Position numbers and translations under genes: made by a program
Assembly: GCA_951406725.2 (NCBI GenBank)
Contig: OX597829.1
Location: 24,862,001 to 24,926,000 of the forward strand
Origin: Octopus vulgaris
Taxonomy: Eukaryota
Length of the DNA stretch: 64,000 bases
Reading direction: 5' to 3'
Notes under the pieces: generated by a model
Database searches by the model: none
What the model was told of the DNA's origin: nothing
What the model saw: the letters and a program-made list of their open reading frames with translations, nothing else
In this document: positions 35,771 through 48,270 of the stretch, one piece after another
How positions within the stretch are numbered: position 1 is the stretch's first letter
Layout of the letters: the number at the start of each line of letters is the position of its first letter

Positions 35771-36181
35771 TATCATCATCATCATTATCATCATCGTTTA
35801 ACGTCCGTTTTCCATGCTAGCATGGGTTGGACGGATCGACCGGGGTCTGGGAAGCCAGGAGGCTGCACCAGGCTTCAGTCTGATCTGGCAGTGTTCTTAC
35901 AGCTTGATGCCCTTCCTAACACCAACCACTCTGTGAGTGTAGTGGGTGCTTTTTACGTGCCACCGGCATAGGGGCCAGAGGAGGCTGGCAGTGGCCACGA
36001 TCGGTTGGTACTTTTTACGTGCCACCGGCACAGAAGCCAGTCAAGGCAGCGCTCTGTCTGGTATCGACCACGTTCGGATGGTGCTTTTTATGTGTCACCG
36101 GCACAGGTATCACAACTACAATTTCCGTTTAATTTTTATTTTGATGTTGGTGTTGACGTACTTGACTCAATAGGTCTCCTC
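35771..36181 (-). mobile_element. RTE LINE 3' UTR fragment
   Basis: (CAT)n-cgtttaacgtccgttttccatgctagcatgg, the reverse complement of about 1700-2203. Confidence 0.85.
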
Positions 36182-37030
36182 ATATATATATATATATATG
36201 TAAAGAGAGAGAGAAGTGTATGTATATCATCATTGTTGTTTTAATGTCCACTTTTCCAAGCTTGCATGGGTCAGTTGGAGTTTATTGAAGTTGATTCTCA
36301 ACAGCCAGTTGTCCTTCCTGCTTCCAACTCTCACCTGTTTCCAAGTGAGGTAATATTCCCTCATGACTGAATTTGTTTTCGCAGAAAACATACACATACA
36401 AACAGACAGACATACATATGTACGTATGATCGGACTATTTCAGTTTCTGCCTACCAAGTCCACCCACAAAGCTTTGGTAGCTCAAGGATAGAGTTTCCCA
36501 AGGTGCCACACAATGGAATTGAAACCCAAACCATGTAGTTAGGATGGAAGCATCTTAACCCTGCAGCCACATATCTCCATAATTGTTTGTTTGTTTGTGT
36601 GTGTGGGTAGAATGTAGATGTGTATATCATCGCCTTCATTATTTCCATGGTCCATTTTGGCATGGGTTGGATGGTTTGACATGATCCTTCAAGCCAGAGG
36701 ACGGCATTGATCTCTAGTGTCTGGTTTGGCAATGTTTCTACAGTTATAGGCCCTTCCTAACACCAAAAACTTTACAGGGTGTACTTTGTATTTTTCTGTT
36801 GCACCAGCAATAGTGAGATCACCAAATAATTCACATGACAAGATCCCTTGATACCATCACATATCTTACTCACCCCATATGTAGTCCTCTACATTCATTG
36901 TCCATGTTTCACTACTATACACCAGAGAGAGAGAGAGAGCAGAAAATAGAATAAAAGGTTTTTTTAAAAATTGACTCTGCATTTTTGAAAACATTATGTT
37001 AAGGTATTATTTTTAGCGTGGTTTTATTCT

Positions 37031-37185
37031 TACCTGAAGAGCTAGCTTAATATTTGCATTAATTTTAAGATTGTATATTATATATTTATATATTTATTAG
37101 TGCAGCCAGGTAAGTAATTTATTACTTATAAAGTATAAGAAAATGAATTATCTATACATGTTTATTAAGCTGTGAAACAGTTGTC
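37031..37185 (+). ncRNA. Degenerate hammerhead-like motif with very long loop 2
   Basis: CTGAAGA(37034-37040), stem agcttaata/tattaagct enclosing about 110 nt, then GAAAC(37174)-agtt-GTC(37183-37185). Stem I is not convincing because a SINE starts at this point. Confidence 0.4.
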
Positions 37186-37552
37186 AGGTATGGCTGTGTA
37201 GTAAGTAGCTTGCTTACCAGCCACATGGTTCTGGGTTCATTCCCACTGCATGGCCCCTTGGGCAAATGTCTTCTACTATAGCCTCAGGCTGACCAAAACC
37301 TTGTGAGTGGATTTGGTAGATGGAAACTGAAAGAAGCCTGTCGTATATATGTATATATATAAATATGTATGTATGTGTATATGTTTGTCCCTCCAACATT
37401 GCTTGACAACCGATGGTGGTGTGTTTACATCCCCGTAGCTTAGCGGTTCGGCAAAAGAGACTCATAGAATAAGTACTGGGGTCAATTTGCTCAACTAAAG
37501 GTGGTGCTCCAGCATGACCACAGTCAAATGATTGAAACAAGTAAAAGAGAGA
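37185..37552 (+). mobile_element. SINE family 1 copy
   Basis: Complete head, centre and tail. Confidence 0.85.
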
Positions 37553-37622
37553 GAATGGTAAAATAAATTTGATCATAGTATATTTCTCTTGTTATTTATG
37601 ATTATATATATATATATGTATG

Positions 37623-37661
<39 letters not shown>

Positions 37662-37688
37662 GTATGTATGTATATATATATATATATA

Positions 37689-38009
37689 TCATCATCATCA
37701 TCATCATCATCATCATTTAACGTCCGCTTTCCATGCTAGCATGGGTTGGACGGTTCAACTGGGGTCTGGGGAGCCCGAAGGCTGCACCAGGCCAGTCAGA
37801 TCTGGCAGTGTTTCTACAGCTGGATGCCCTTCCTAATGCCAACCACTCCGAGAGTGTAGTGGGTGATTTTATGTGCCACCGACACAGGTGCCAGACAAGG
37901 CTGGCGAACGGCCACGCTCGGATGGTGTTTTTTTATGTGCCACCGACACAGGTGCCAGACGAGGCTGGCAGACGGCCACGCTCGGATGGTGTTTTTATGT
38001 GCCACCGAC
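37689..38009 (-). mobile_element. RTE 3' UTR fragment within microsatellite
   Basis: (CAT)n tail plus tandem units of about 60 bp (gtgccaccgacacaggtgccagac...ggatggtg). Confidence 0.85.
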
Positions 38010-38041
<32 letters not shown>

Positions 38042-38048
38042 ATGTATG

Positions 38049-38130
<82 letters not shown>

Positions 38131-38133
<3 letters not shown>

Positions 38134-38510
38134 AGCAGGAGTAGGTGTGGTTGTGTGTAAGAAGTTTGCTTCCCAACCACTGCATGTTACTTTGCGCAAG
38201 TGTCTTCTGCTATAACCTTGGGCTGACAAAAGCCTTGTGAATGGATTTGATAGACAGAAACTGAAAGAAACCCATTGTATATTATATATATATATGTGTG
38301 TGTGTGTGTGTAATTGTCTCCCCCTCATCACTGCCTGACAACCAGTGTTAGTGTGTTTACATCCCTGTAATGTACTGGTTTGCCAAAAGAGACTGATAGA
38401 ATAAGTACTAGGCTTAAAAAATAAGTTCTCGGGTCGATTTGTTCAACTAAAATCCTTCAAGGTGGTGCTCCAGCATGGCCACAGTCAAATGCCTGAAACA
38501 AATAAAAGAA
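38131..38510 (+). mobile_element. SINE family 1 copy
   Basis: Head-to-tail similarity with 20526-21283. Confidence 0.8.
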
Positions 38511-38687
38511 TATATATATATAATATATATATATATATAATATATATATATATATATAGTGTGTGTGTGTGTTTGTACTCTTGATTTGTACAGTACTTAC
38601 ATATAGAATACCCTTATAAGGGTTGTACCAAAGGTAATTCATTACTTTTTTACTAACTGACATGGGCTATTCAAATTGTATGTGTTA

Positions 38688-39891
38688 GGTTTTTAGTTTT
38701 CTTTACCTTTGATACATAACCAATTCAAGAGGGTTGGGGTTTTATTTTTGTTGTTAGCTATAATCAAAATTCAGCATTCAATAGAGATTATGGAAATTTT
38801 ATCTGTTTAAGTTATCTAGAAAGATACATGTGGTTTCACATTTTTATAGTGAGTGTGGATTGTTTTTAGATTCTTGTTCAGTCTCTACCTTCTTATGGGT
38901 TCCCTAAGCTTTTTGAATATCTCAATGTACTGCTTGCTGTTCATCATATAGCTATGTCCCAAAAACTCAAGGAGAATGATGGCCTTGCTAGCCAACCCTG
39001 CAAAACAGTCACTATGACCTTCTATGCTGGTTGCTGGCTTTTGAACATATTATACTTTGAAGAGAGGTGTGGCATGATTGCTGTCACACCTTTATTCAAG
39101 GCCTAAGAAGTTATGATCTTGCATTTCTAGGTCATGAATGTACATTCTTGTTTCATTCTGTCACCAGATCAGAAGAATGTGTCTTCATTGGCTTTCAAAT
39201 TCTTCCAGCTGATCAGAATATGCTTCCAGTCCTCTCCTTCAAATTGGGTATCAGTTATCAGAGAATCCACTTTGCACACACTTTCCAGTACCTAAAGTAT
39301 CACAGTTTGATTGTGCAGTAAATTCATGGATTGTGACTTGTCTAGCTGAGCAATTCACTTCATCTACTCACTGGAGATTCAGGTCAGTCAGTAGTTGTTG
39401 AATGATCTCTCAATGCACTACTTGTCTTCAATGCTGTTTCTCCTTCTTTAAACTTATTTGTCCATCTGTGTGCATTGTTTCTGTCAATTGTGTCATAGGT
39501 AGTGATTTCCCCTATATTTGACATTTCTTGCCCCAGAGTGTCATGAGCACCATGTCATGACAATGATGCACAAGATTATCAACATAAGAAATTTCAGTTT
39601 GGTTCTAAATTTTTATCTCTTTTACATAATATTTCACTGATTATTTTGATAAACGTATCATGATCACACATCTTCTTTCCTCCCTCTCACATATACAACG
39701 TTTTGTCTCCTATACTATCAACATTATCATTTTCATTCTGTTATCTAACACGTCTTTTCTGATATTGGGTTTTTAGTTTTCTTTATCTTTGATACATAAC
39801 CAATTCAAGAGGGTTGGGGTTTTCTTTTTGTTATTAGCTATAATCACAATTCAGCATTCATTAGAGATTATGGAAATTAAGTTATCTAGAA
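38688..39891 (+). repeat. Direct repeats of about 125-135 bp (38688-38821 and 39768-39891)
   Basis: ggtttttagttttcttta.ctttgatacataaccaattcaagagggttgggg...aagttatctagaa occurs twice, with few substitutions and one 10-nt indel. Confidence 0.85.
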
Positions 39892-40429
39892 TTTGGTGAG
39901 TCATGTTTCTTTTATCTTTTTCTTTACATCTCAGCATAATTTTTTTACATTAAAAAAACCCCACAGAAATTGAAAATATGTTGCACTCTTGTAGAGACGA
40001 AAATAGGTTAAGTCAGTGAAATTTATAATAATTCACTGGAAATTTCAACTTGTCTTTTTCTTTATCAATAGCTCAGTACTACAGACATGTGAAAAGAGTG
40101 TTGCGGGAAAGAATCATGAGATAGATTCTTCAAACCAAGCCAACACTGGCAGGAGACATAGTGGCTGACCAAGAATGAGATGGTTGAATAATATCGATAG
40201 TGTCAGCTGGTCATGTTTTATAATTGAGCCAAGAGGTTTAATGTCAGTTGCTTCTGGTAGGACCTTGTGGAGGTGGTGCCTGAAGACTCTACCCTCACGA
40301 CTCCACTAGAAATAGTGGGTTGAGAAGATGGATGGACTGGAAATTCATTAATTTAGAAATCTTACAAGTTATTAGCTTTCTGAACAGTTAAATTCACTAA
40401 GAAAGAGTGCAATGGAAAGGTAAATTATA

Positions 40430-40830
40430 ATGCTTTCTAATTTTGGTTCTAGGCCAGAAATTTTGAGGGGAGGAGGCAAGTTAATTACATTGGTAAGTTA
40501 ATTACATTCTTTCAGGGTCGATAAAACTGATGTACTTGATAGGTATTCATTTTTATCGACTCTGAAAGAATGTAAGGCAAAATTGACTTCAACAGGATTT
40601 GAACTCAGAATGTAAAGAGCCAGAGGAAATTCTGTTGAGCATTTTGTCCTACATGCTAACAATTCTGCCAGCTCACCATCTTTGACCCTGAAAGAATGAG
40701 AGGCAAATTTGATCTCAGCAGGATTTGAACTCAGAATGTAAAGAGCAAGAAGAAATGCCTTTAAGCATTTTGTCCAAGGCGCAAATAATTCTGCCAGCTC
40801 ACCATCTTTGAGGTGAGCCGGCAGAATTGG
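40430..40830 (-). mobile_element. Tandem Meta-domain SINE copies (tail B)
   Basis: Two successive ctgaaagaatg..aggcaaa.ttga...gatttgaactcagaatgtaaagagc...ctgccagctcaccatctttga units. Confidence 0.75.
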
Positions 40831-41043
40831 GGTGAATTATAATAAAATTTTAATTAGAAACAGTTGAGAGAAAAACTTTATAATTACAAATAAAATAACT
40901 TTGTTTATTTATTATTTGATAGATTTTATTTAATTATGTTGAAAATTTTTGTCTTGGTATTTTCATTTTTTTAAAAATCATTTTTGCTTTGTTCAGCTAA
41001 TCCAAATTAGTCCAAAATTTGTTCACTGAAGAAGTAGCATTTA

Positions 41044-42664
41044 TGAGGTGGGATCAAAAGGTTCCCAGACTAGTTATCTATATATATAAAACTGTAGTTG
41101 TGTGAGTGTCTGTCCCCTTCGATTTAGATTCCTAACTACTCACACATTTTGCGGTGCAGTTTAACCAAATTCGGGTATCTTATAGTCGTGATTCATATTG
41201 AGCCCGTCTGGCTATTAGCGCGCGTCTACGATGAGTCTACGATTTTAAAAATAATTTAACATCATTTTTTATTCCATTTTAATGCATAATTTTTCGTGTG
41301 TCGATGGCGGCGGAGTTGGCGTCCATGGTCACACCTGCACCTGTTTGCTTCTCCCCCTTCTTCCCTCCCTCGTGAAGCTGTGGGGAAGGGAGTGTAAGGA
41401 AATCAACGTCGTAATGCGTTGTCAAGTAGACCAGCGTTCTTTTAGAACAACGACTTCATGGCTTGAAGTCGCCAAAACAGAAATCGCTAAAAACGCTGAA
41501 ACAGATCCCCAAAAACAGCAATTACCGCCACACAGGGCAGGTTTCCTGTGCAAACAATTTGCACAACCGAATGTTTTAGTTGTTGCACAAATCTTTATAT
41601 ATAAAAGTAAGGTTGTGTGTCTGTCTCCTACGATTTAGATTCCTAACTACTCCCACGTCGTAAAGCGTTGTCAAGGAGACCAGCGTTCTTTTAGAACAAC
41701 GACTTCATGGCTTGAAGACACCAAAACAGAAATGGCTAAGAAAGCCCGAATTGGCATCTATAAGGGAAGTAACTCTCTAAAAATGCTTATATAGTTATTT
41801 CCCTTACAAACCTGAGCAACGCCAGGCGATACTGCTAGTGTTTAATAAAGAATAACTCATCTAAGTTTTAACATCATTTCCTTCGAAATAATCACCTTGT
41901 GCAGCAATATTCTGGTCCCAGTGTTCCTGTCACTTTTGGAATCTGGCCTGGATGTTGCTTTCCATGAGTGAGTCAAGGACCTGTAATTCGCCCTGGATCT
42001 TGACACTGGTGTTTGAGCTGCATTTTCATCTTGGGGAAGAGATAGAAGTCCACAGGTGCTAAATCTGGTGAATAGGGCAGGTGCAGAAGTGATATCATGA
42101 TGTTTTTGGTGAGAAACTCATAAGTGAGAAGAGCTCAGTAAAGAATCCAATCCTTTGTGCTCCACAGATTCGGTCACTTGTGCTGAATGCCCTCTCTCAA
42201 GCACTTCAAAATGTCACAGTAGAACTCTCAATTGATGGTCTGGCCCTGGGGGACGAATTCTTGATGCACAATACCACATTTCTGGGAGTGATGCTCATGG
42301 TAGGTCTTCCATATTGTTCACCATCTTCTTGAGATATTCTTCCACTTTTGAAGCGCCTGTGCCACTCAAAACATTATACACGATCCATTGCCTCATCACT
42401 GTAATCTGGCTGAAGCATGCTCAATCTCTCTAGCTGACTTCCCAAGCTTAATGAAAAATTTCATGTTGGTCCTTTGTTCCTGTCTATGATGAAATCGCAG
42501 ACTACAGCATACATATGATCACAAAAACAAATTTCACTAATTGCAAAGTAAACACAGCAATGTCTCATGAAGGTCACTGTTAGCTCTCACTGTGTATACA
42601 ACTGTTTGCTACCATCTGTTGGCATGCTGCAGAACTAGTCTGGGAACTTTTTGATACCACCTCG
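41044..42664 (-). mobile_element. Decayed mariner with TIRs and TA TSD, interrupted by a Helitron
   Basis: TA|TGAGGTGGGATCAAAAGGTTCCCAGACTAGTT ... AACTAGTCTGGGAACTTTTTGATACCACCTCG|TA. Minus-strand HLPYSPDLAPVDFYLFPKMK at about 42020-42083. Confidence 0.88.
41077..41838 (+). mobile_element. Non-autonomous Helitron (composite)
   Basis: A|TCTATATATATAAAA start and CCTGagcaacgcCAGG hairpin plus CTAG|T end. Inserted at an AT dinucleotide without TSD. A second 5' end occurs at about 41592. Confidence 0.85.
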
Positions 42665-42731
42665 TACTTCACATGTATAATCACAGACACATGGAAAGTC
42701 ACAGACACAAGCACATATGTATACACATACA

Positions 42732-42792
<61 letters not shown>

Positions 42793-43253
42793 TTCCCAAA
42801 AAACTAAGACTTTTAGAGGTAATTTATTTTATCCCTTTACTAGTTTCAGTCACTGGCTTGTTGTCATGCTGGAGCACCACCTTATGTTCATGTGCTTCAA
42901 AATAGTTATTATCTAACCTTATTCTTGTACAGAAGCAGATCAATTCTGATCTAGTAGTTCTATGATTTAATGACATTCCATATATAGAATATAGGATAAA
43001 ACTACCTCACAAACATTACTTCCATTTTAGAGCCAGAAACACTTCAAACCTTATCAATTGCTGGCATTCTGCAAAGCTGAAGCCAGCTTCAAGACGAAGA
43101 ACTGCTTATATATCTGTAAGCTATACTACTGCTATGCACAAACACCTTGAATTACATCAGAGACCAATCTTAGAGACGGAGATTCCTGTCTCTGACACAC
43201 TACAATCACTGCTGTACCATAGCCATGCTATTTCATTTCTCTCTCTCTCTCTC

Positions 43254-43552
43254 TGTCATTTCTACCTCTAATGAGAATGGCCTCTACACTTCTCAGCTAG
43301 CTCTTTATTACTGTGGAGCTTGTGGGAGTGGGAGTTGGAAGGGGCTGCTGGAAGTATAGGGTTAGTTATATCACACAAACGGCTAAAAGGCCTTGTCGGA
43401 AGGACAGAAGCAAGGGAAGTCATGTGAGTAGGACAACTGGCGTGGCCTTTTTTGCATTGGGACTGTCACTCAGGACAGGCATGATAGTCATGTGAGTTCA
43501 GATAATTTGCTACTAGGTTCTAGCCAGAGGTTAGGCAGGTAGCGCTGTCACA
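43254..43552 (-). mobile_element. Possible solo LTR
   Basis: About 300-bp GC-richer block bounded by TG...CA, with AATAAA near its minus-strand 3' end. No TSD seen. Confidence 0.3.
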
Positions 43553-43604
43553 GATATATCCCATCAAGAAAGGATCAATGTTATGAGAGGATCTGCAAGG
43601 TAAA

Positions 43605-43862
43605 AAAGAAAGGTACAGTTACCTCCTCAAGTCATACTGACTCATAAGAGCCAGTTTCCCAGCTTCAATGGCATGTATATTCCCCACCTGGATGGGATAT
43701 CAATCCATCACAAAATTACTCATTTTTGTCAGCTGAGTGGACTGGAGCAACGTGAAATTAGGTGTTTTGCTCAAGATCACAACACGTTGCCCAGTCCAGG
43801 AATTGAAACCACAATGTTACGATCATGAGTCCAATACCCTAACCACTAAGCCACGTGCCTCC
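43605..43862 (-). mobile_element. SINE family 3 copy (alternative tail)
   Basis: Homologous to 63680-63943 and 58145-58450. Confidence 0.75.
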
Positions 43863-44039
43863 ATGATCTGCAATGTAGGTGAGCTACACTTTTACTCCAT
43901 ATCACAAGCTATTTTGGCTTTAGTGCATTTTTTCTCCCTTTTCTGGACAATATATCAACAAAAATAAGGACCAACAGTGATACCATCAGACCCTTCTGTG
44001 GCGAGGGAAATCTTATCACCTGGATTCAGATAATCAAAG

Positions 44040-44455
44040 AGATTAGATATAGAGGGAACTGTGAAATGGGGATGGTGGTGTGCAGGGAACAAGAATAAGG
44101 CTGCAAGCAATTGTGATTTACCAAGTGGTGGATGGAATTGATGCAGTGATGGGCATGAATATACTCAGCGGTCTAAGAGGTGTCAAAGTTAGTGAAGACA
44201 GGGTTATGTTTGGTGGTGCAGAGGCACCATGTGCCATGAGTTTGCAGAGGGATTCAGAGAGCCCTAAAGAGAAATGTACTGCACATACCATCATAGACAA
44301 GAATATTCAGGTTGTAATGGACAGTTATAAGTGGGCAATTGAGTGATGCTGGAAAGGAGAGTCCCTGACATTGAAGAATAAGGTAAGCTGTTATCAGTAT
44401 ACTCTGAAAGGAAATGCCAGGAGCAAGTTCAAGGGAGAGGTGGATCAAATGGGGT
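44040..44455 (+). mobile_element. LTR-retrotransposon (Gypsy-like) protease-to-RT linker fragment
   Basis: VVDGIDAVMGMNILSGLRGVKV resembles the DxxLGMD end of retro aspartic proteases. It is followed by IIDKNI..KWAIE*.WKG..LKNKVSCY. Confidence 0.5.
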
Positions 44456-44844
44456 ACTTTATTGTATTTTATTTTGCACCAGCACTAGAGAAGTTGTTTG
44501 GTCTTCAGTAAGACTAAAGCATCATCTTCACCTTACATCTCTACTGAATCACCAGCCCACACTTCATAGTGCCCTGGTTACTCTTTTTACTCTTTTACTT
44601 GTTTCAGTCATTTGACTGTGGCCATGCTGGAGCACCACCTTTAGTCAAGCAAATCGACCCCAAAATTGACTTACTCTTTGTAAGCCTAGTACTTATTCTA
44701 TCGGTCTCTTTTGCCGAACTGCTAAGTTATGGGGACGTAAACACACCAGCATTGGTTGTCAAAAGTGTAAGCATCTTGAGAAAAAATTTGGGCATAAGAG
44801 GCATCAGGTGTGATGTGCAAGAGGGCCAACCACAACAGTCTGTT

Positions 44845-45772
44845 AGGTGTGGCTAGGGTAAGAAGCTTGCTTCCAAACCACGTGGATCTAGGTTCAGTCT
44901 CACTGTGTGGCACCTTGTGCAAGTGTCTTCTACTATAGCCTTGGACCCACCAAAGCCTTGTGAGTGGATTTGGTAAAGGAAACTGAAAGAAGCCTATCAA
45001 ATATATGTATATATCACGTGACCAACCAGGTTACCAGATGTTGTTACACATCGCTAGTCACAATGCTCTTTTTTTAAACTGTTTTAAATGTTTCAAATGA
45101 TGCTACTTCACTGGTTAGGTGAGCAGGCCAACAATTCCCCCACTCCTGATCAAAGTGGGGCTGGGACAATGTGAAATGAAGTGTTTTACTCAAAGTCACA
45201 ACATACTGCCCAATCAGAGAATTGAACCTATGATCTAGCAATAGTGAGTGCAACATCCCAACAACTAGGCCACATGCCTTCACACACACACACATGTATG
45301 TTTGTGTGTGTGTTATTTCTTTATTGCTCACAAGGGGCTAAACATAGAGAGGGCAAACAAGGACAGACAAAGGGATTAAGTCGATTATATCAACACCAGT
45401 GCGTAACTACTACTTAATTTATTGATCCCGAAAGGAAGAAAAGCAAAGTCGACCTTGGTGGAATTTGAACTCAGAATGTAATGGCAGATGAAATACTTCT
45501 AAGCATTTCGCCCAATGTGCTAGTGATTCTGCCAGCTCACCTGTGTGTAGTTGTGTCTGTATTTGTCCATCCCTTTACGACAACTTGACAACCGGTGCTG
45601 GTGTGTTTATGTATCTGTAACTTGGAGGTTTAGCAAAAGAGACTGATAAAATAAATACCAAGCTTTAAAAAAAAAACAAACGAGTACAGGTATCAATACA
45701 TTCAACTAAATATTCTTCAAAATGGTGCCCTAGCATGACCAGTTTAATGACTGAAACAAGTAAAAGATAAAG
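44845..45772 (+). mobile_element. SINE family 1 with two antisense SINEs (family 3 at about 45015-45280; Meta tail-A at about 45315-45541) nested in its centre
   Basis: Head at about 44845-45000 and tail at about 45545-45772. The inserts match other copies in the window. Confidence 0.75.
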
Positions 45773-45934
45773 GAAAACATTGGAGTCTGTGGAAAATGCT
45801 GAATTATGTTTCCTAGAAAACAAGAGTCAACATGTGATCATAGGATCAACTTGGGTCCAGCAAGCATCAGTTGTGATGTCCATTAATGTGCTGTGTTGGA
45901 TCCACTTCTTTTCATACTTTAGATAAACGCATTT

Positions 45935-46300
45935 ATCTTTCATCATTTACTTGTTTCAGTCATTAGACTGTGGTGATGCTGGGGCACTGACTTCAAGGTT
46001 TTTTAATTGAATGAATTGGCCCCAGTGTTTGTTTTCTTTTAAAGCCTGATACTTATTTTATCAGTCTCCTTTGACAAACTGCTAAGTTATGGGGATGTAA
46101 AACACACCAACATCAGTTATTAAGTGTTGGTGGAACAAACACAGACACAAAGAAGCACACAAATATATACGACAGGCTTCTTCCAGCTTCCAGCTACCAA
46201 ATCCACTCACAAGGCTTTGGTCAGCTTGATGGTATAGTAGAAGACGCTTGCCTAAGGTCCCATGTAGTGGGACTGAACCAGGAACCATGTGGTTCAGAAG
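45935..46300 (-). mobile_element. SINE family 1 copy
   Basis: Reverse complement of the family pattern seen at 20526. Confidence 0.8.
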
Positions 46301-46737
46301 GAAGATGGTTCAGGAAACTTGATGAAATCATTAGGCTCACTCCTTGTTGATATATATTACACCCTCTCTCCCATCACTCCTTAGTTTTATCATTCTGTCT
46401 TCCCCTTTCTATCTTCCCACTTCTCACCTTTCATGTTATGCTTCTATGCAATCTCTTTTCTAACATGTAGCTTGTCTGTCACTGTAAAATATTGATAGTT
46501 GGCTTTACAAAAAGCTCCCACTTGTAGAAACCATACTATAAAAGTATATAAACTGCTTGTTTGGGGGGAGTAGTAATTCCAAATAAGAACTAACATGGAC
46601 CATTATGATCCATTTAACACGTGCCAGCTTGAAAAGCAGATATACAATGATGATGATATTGTTTTTTCATTTGTTTAACATTCATTTTTTCATGAAAGCT
46701 TGGGTTTAGATGAAGATATATTTGAAGCAGGATTATA

Positions 46738-47167
46738 TTCTTTTCTACTCTAAGCATAGGACCTGAAATTTTGGGGGAGGGGGGAGTTGATTAGATCAAC
46801 CCCAGTACACAACTGGTACTTAATTTATTGACCCTGAAAGGATGAAAGGCAAAGTCAACCTTAGCAGAATTTGAACTCAGAATGTAAAGACAGACGAAAT
46901 ACTGCTAAGCATTTCACCTGGTGTGCTAACGTTTCTTATTTCTTTATTGCCCACAAGGGGCTAGACAGAGGGAACAAACAAGGACAGACAAACGGATTAA
47001 GTTGATTATATCGACCCCAGAGTGTAACTGGTACCTATTTAATTGACCCTGAAAGGATAAAAGGCAAAGTCAACCTCGGCAGAATTTGAACTCAGAATGT
47101 AGTGGCAGACGAAATACCGCTAAGCATTTTGCCCGGTGTGCTAACAGTTCTGCCAGCGTGCTGCCTT
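46738..47167 (-). mobile_element. Meta-domain SINE dimer (tail-A copy joined to a tail-B copy)
   Basis: Minus-strand junction aaagaaata|agaaacgttagcac at 46937/46936. Confidence 0.85.
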
Positions 47168-48270
47168 TGATTATATGGCCAGATAATGCTCTTCCTGTCA
47201 CCAATCTTGTTTTTCAAGTAAGGAAGATCTTTATGCCACCAGGTTTTTGAAAGCACAAGTCACGATGTCAACATAAACATCATGTCACCCATTTTGTTCA
47301 AGGCAAGCCATGGGCTGCCAACAGTTATGCATATTCATGCACATGCATATATATATACATACACATTTCATAAGAATTGGTTACCAATCATCATAATGGT
47401 CATAGAATGAAAGATGTGAGATGCTTGTGGTTGAGTTGTGTTCAGGTTGTGTATAATGAATGCATAACACTTGTGAACATTTAACAGAATTTCATTTCAC
47501 CACACAAAATATTTTTAATGTTGGTCTTGAATTAAAAATGCAACAACAAAGTTTACACACTGGAAAGCATAATTCTGTAGTTATTACAAAATAGTTGGTT
47601 GAGTAAGCTCTGTAAATAATCTGCCATAGGTGGAGAAAATACTTATGAGGAATTTCAACAGTTTCGTGATCTGCTACCACAACAGCTCCTATATAGGATC
47701 CAGTTAGCTCAAGACATCATCAGGAGGAACCACATCCGGTTTCGGCCCCTACCCCTCTACCGTTTTGACGTGGCAGGCACCCCTCTGTCGGAGGTGTTTT
47801 CTTGATGTAGCGTCAGCGGGCGACTGAGTGTCTTGTCAAATTTCCCTTTAAATACCTGCTGCTAGGCTCCAGCAGGCAGCCCCAGCAAGTTGTCACGTGA
47901 CACTGTCTCAACTTTAACTGACAGCAAGTTGCAAACTGTGGCTACTGTCTCTTAGGTTTAGTAAAGAGTCATTAGAATGACCTTATAGTGGTATCATTGT
48001 TATCCAATTTTGATGGTAACGTTGACTTAATGACACTATAATTTAGTCAGTATGAGAGAAAAGGGAGTCACTGCTTTTGCTCATAACAACAAGAGAATAA
48101 AATTGTAATAAGTCATAACTTTCATTATTGGAAGTAATGCATTAACAAGGCTAATTGAAGGAAGCTTATAACATTAAATGAATATGTTCTGGTTGAAATC
48201 ACATGTCACCAAGTAAGAAAGGCAAAGGGGCGTAAAGTGCGGCGGCCTAGAACCAACAGGCACTGAATGA

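Noticed and set aside
47650-47905. GC-rich block with minus-strand CTGATGA/GAAAC and a TGTCACGTGACA palindrome
   Set aside because: Stems I and III of a hammerhead cannot be formed. Probably an unclassified TE fragment; a single E-box is not evidence of a promoter.
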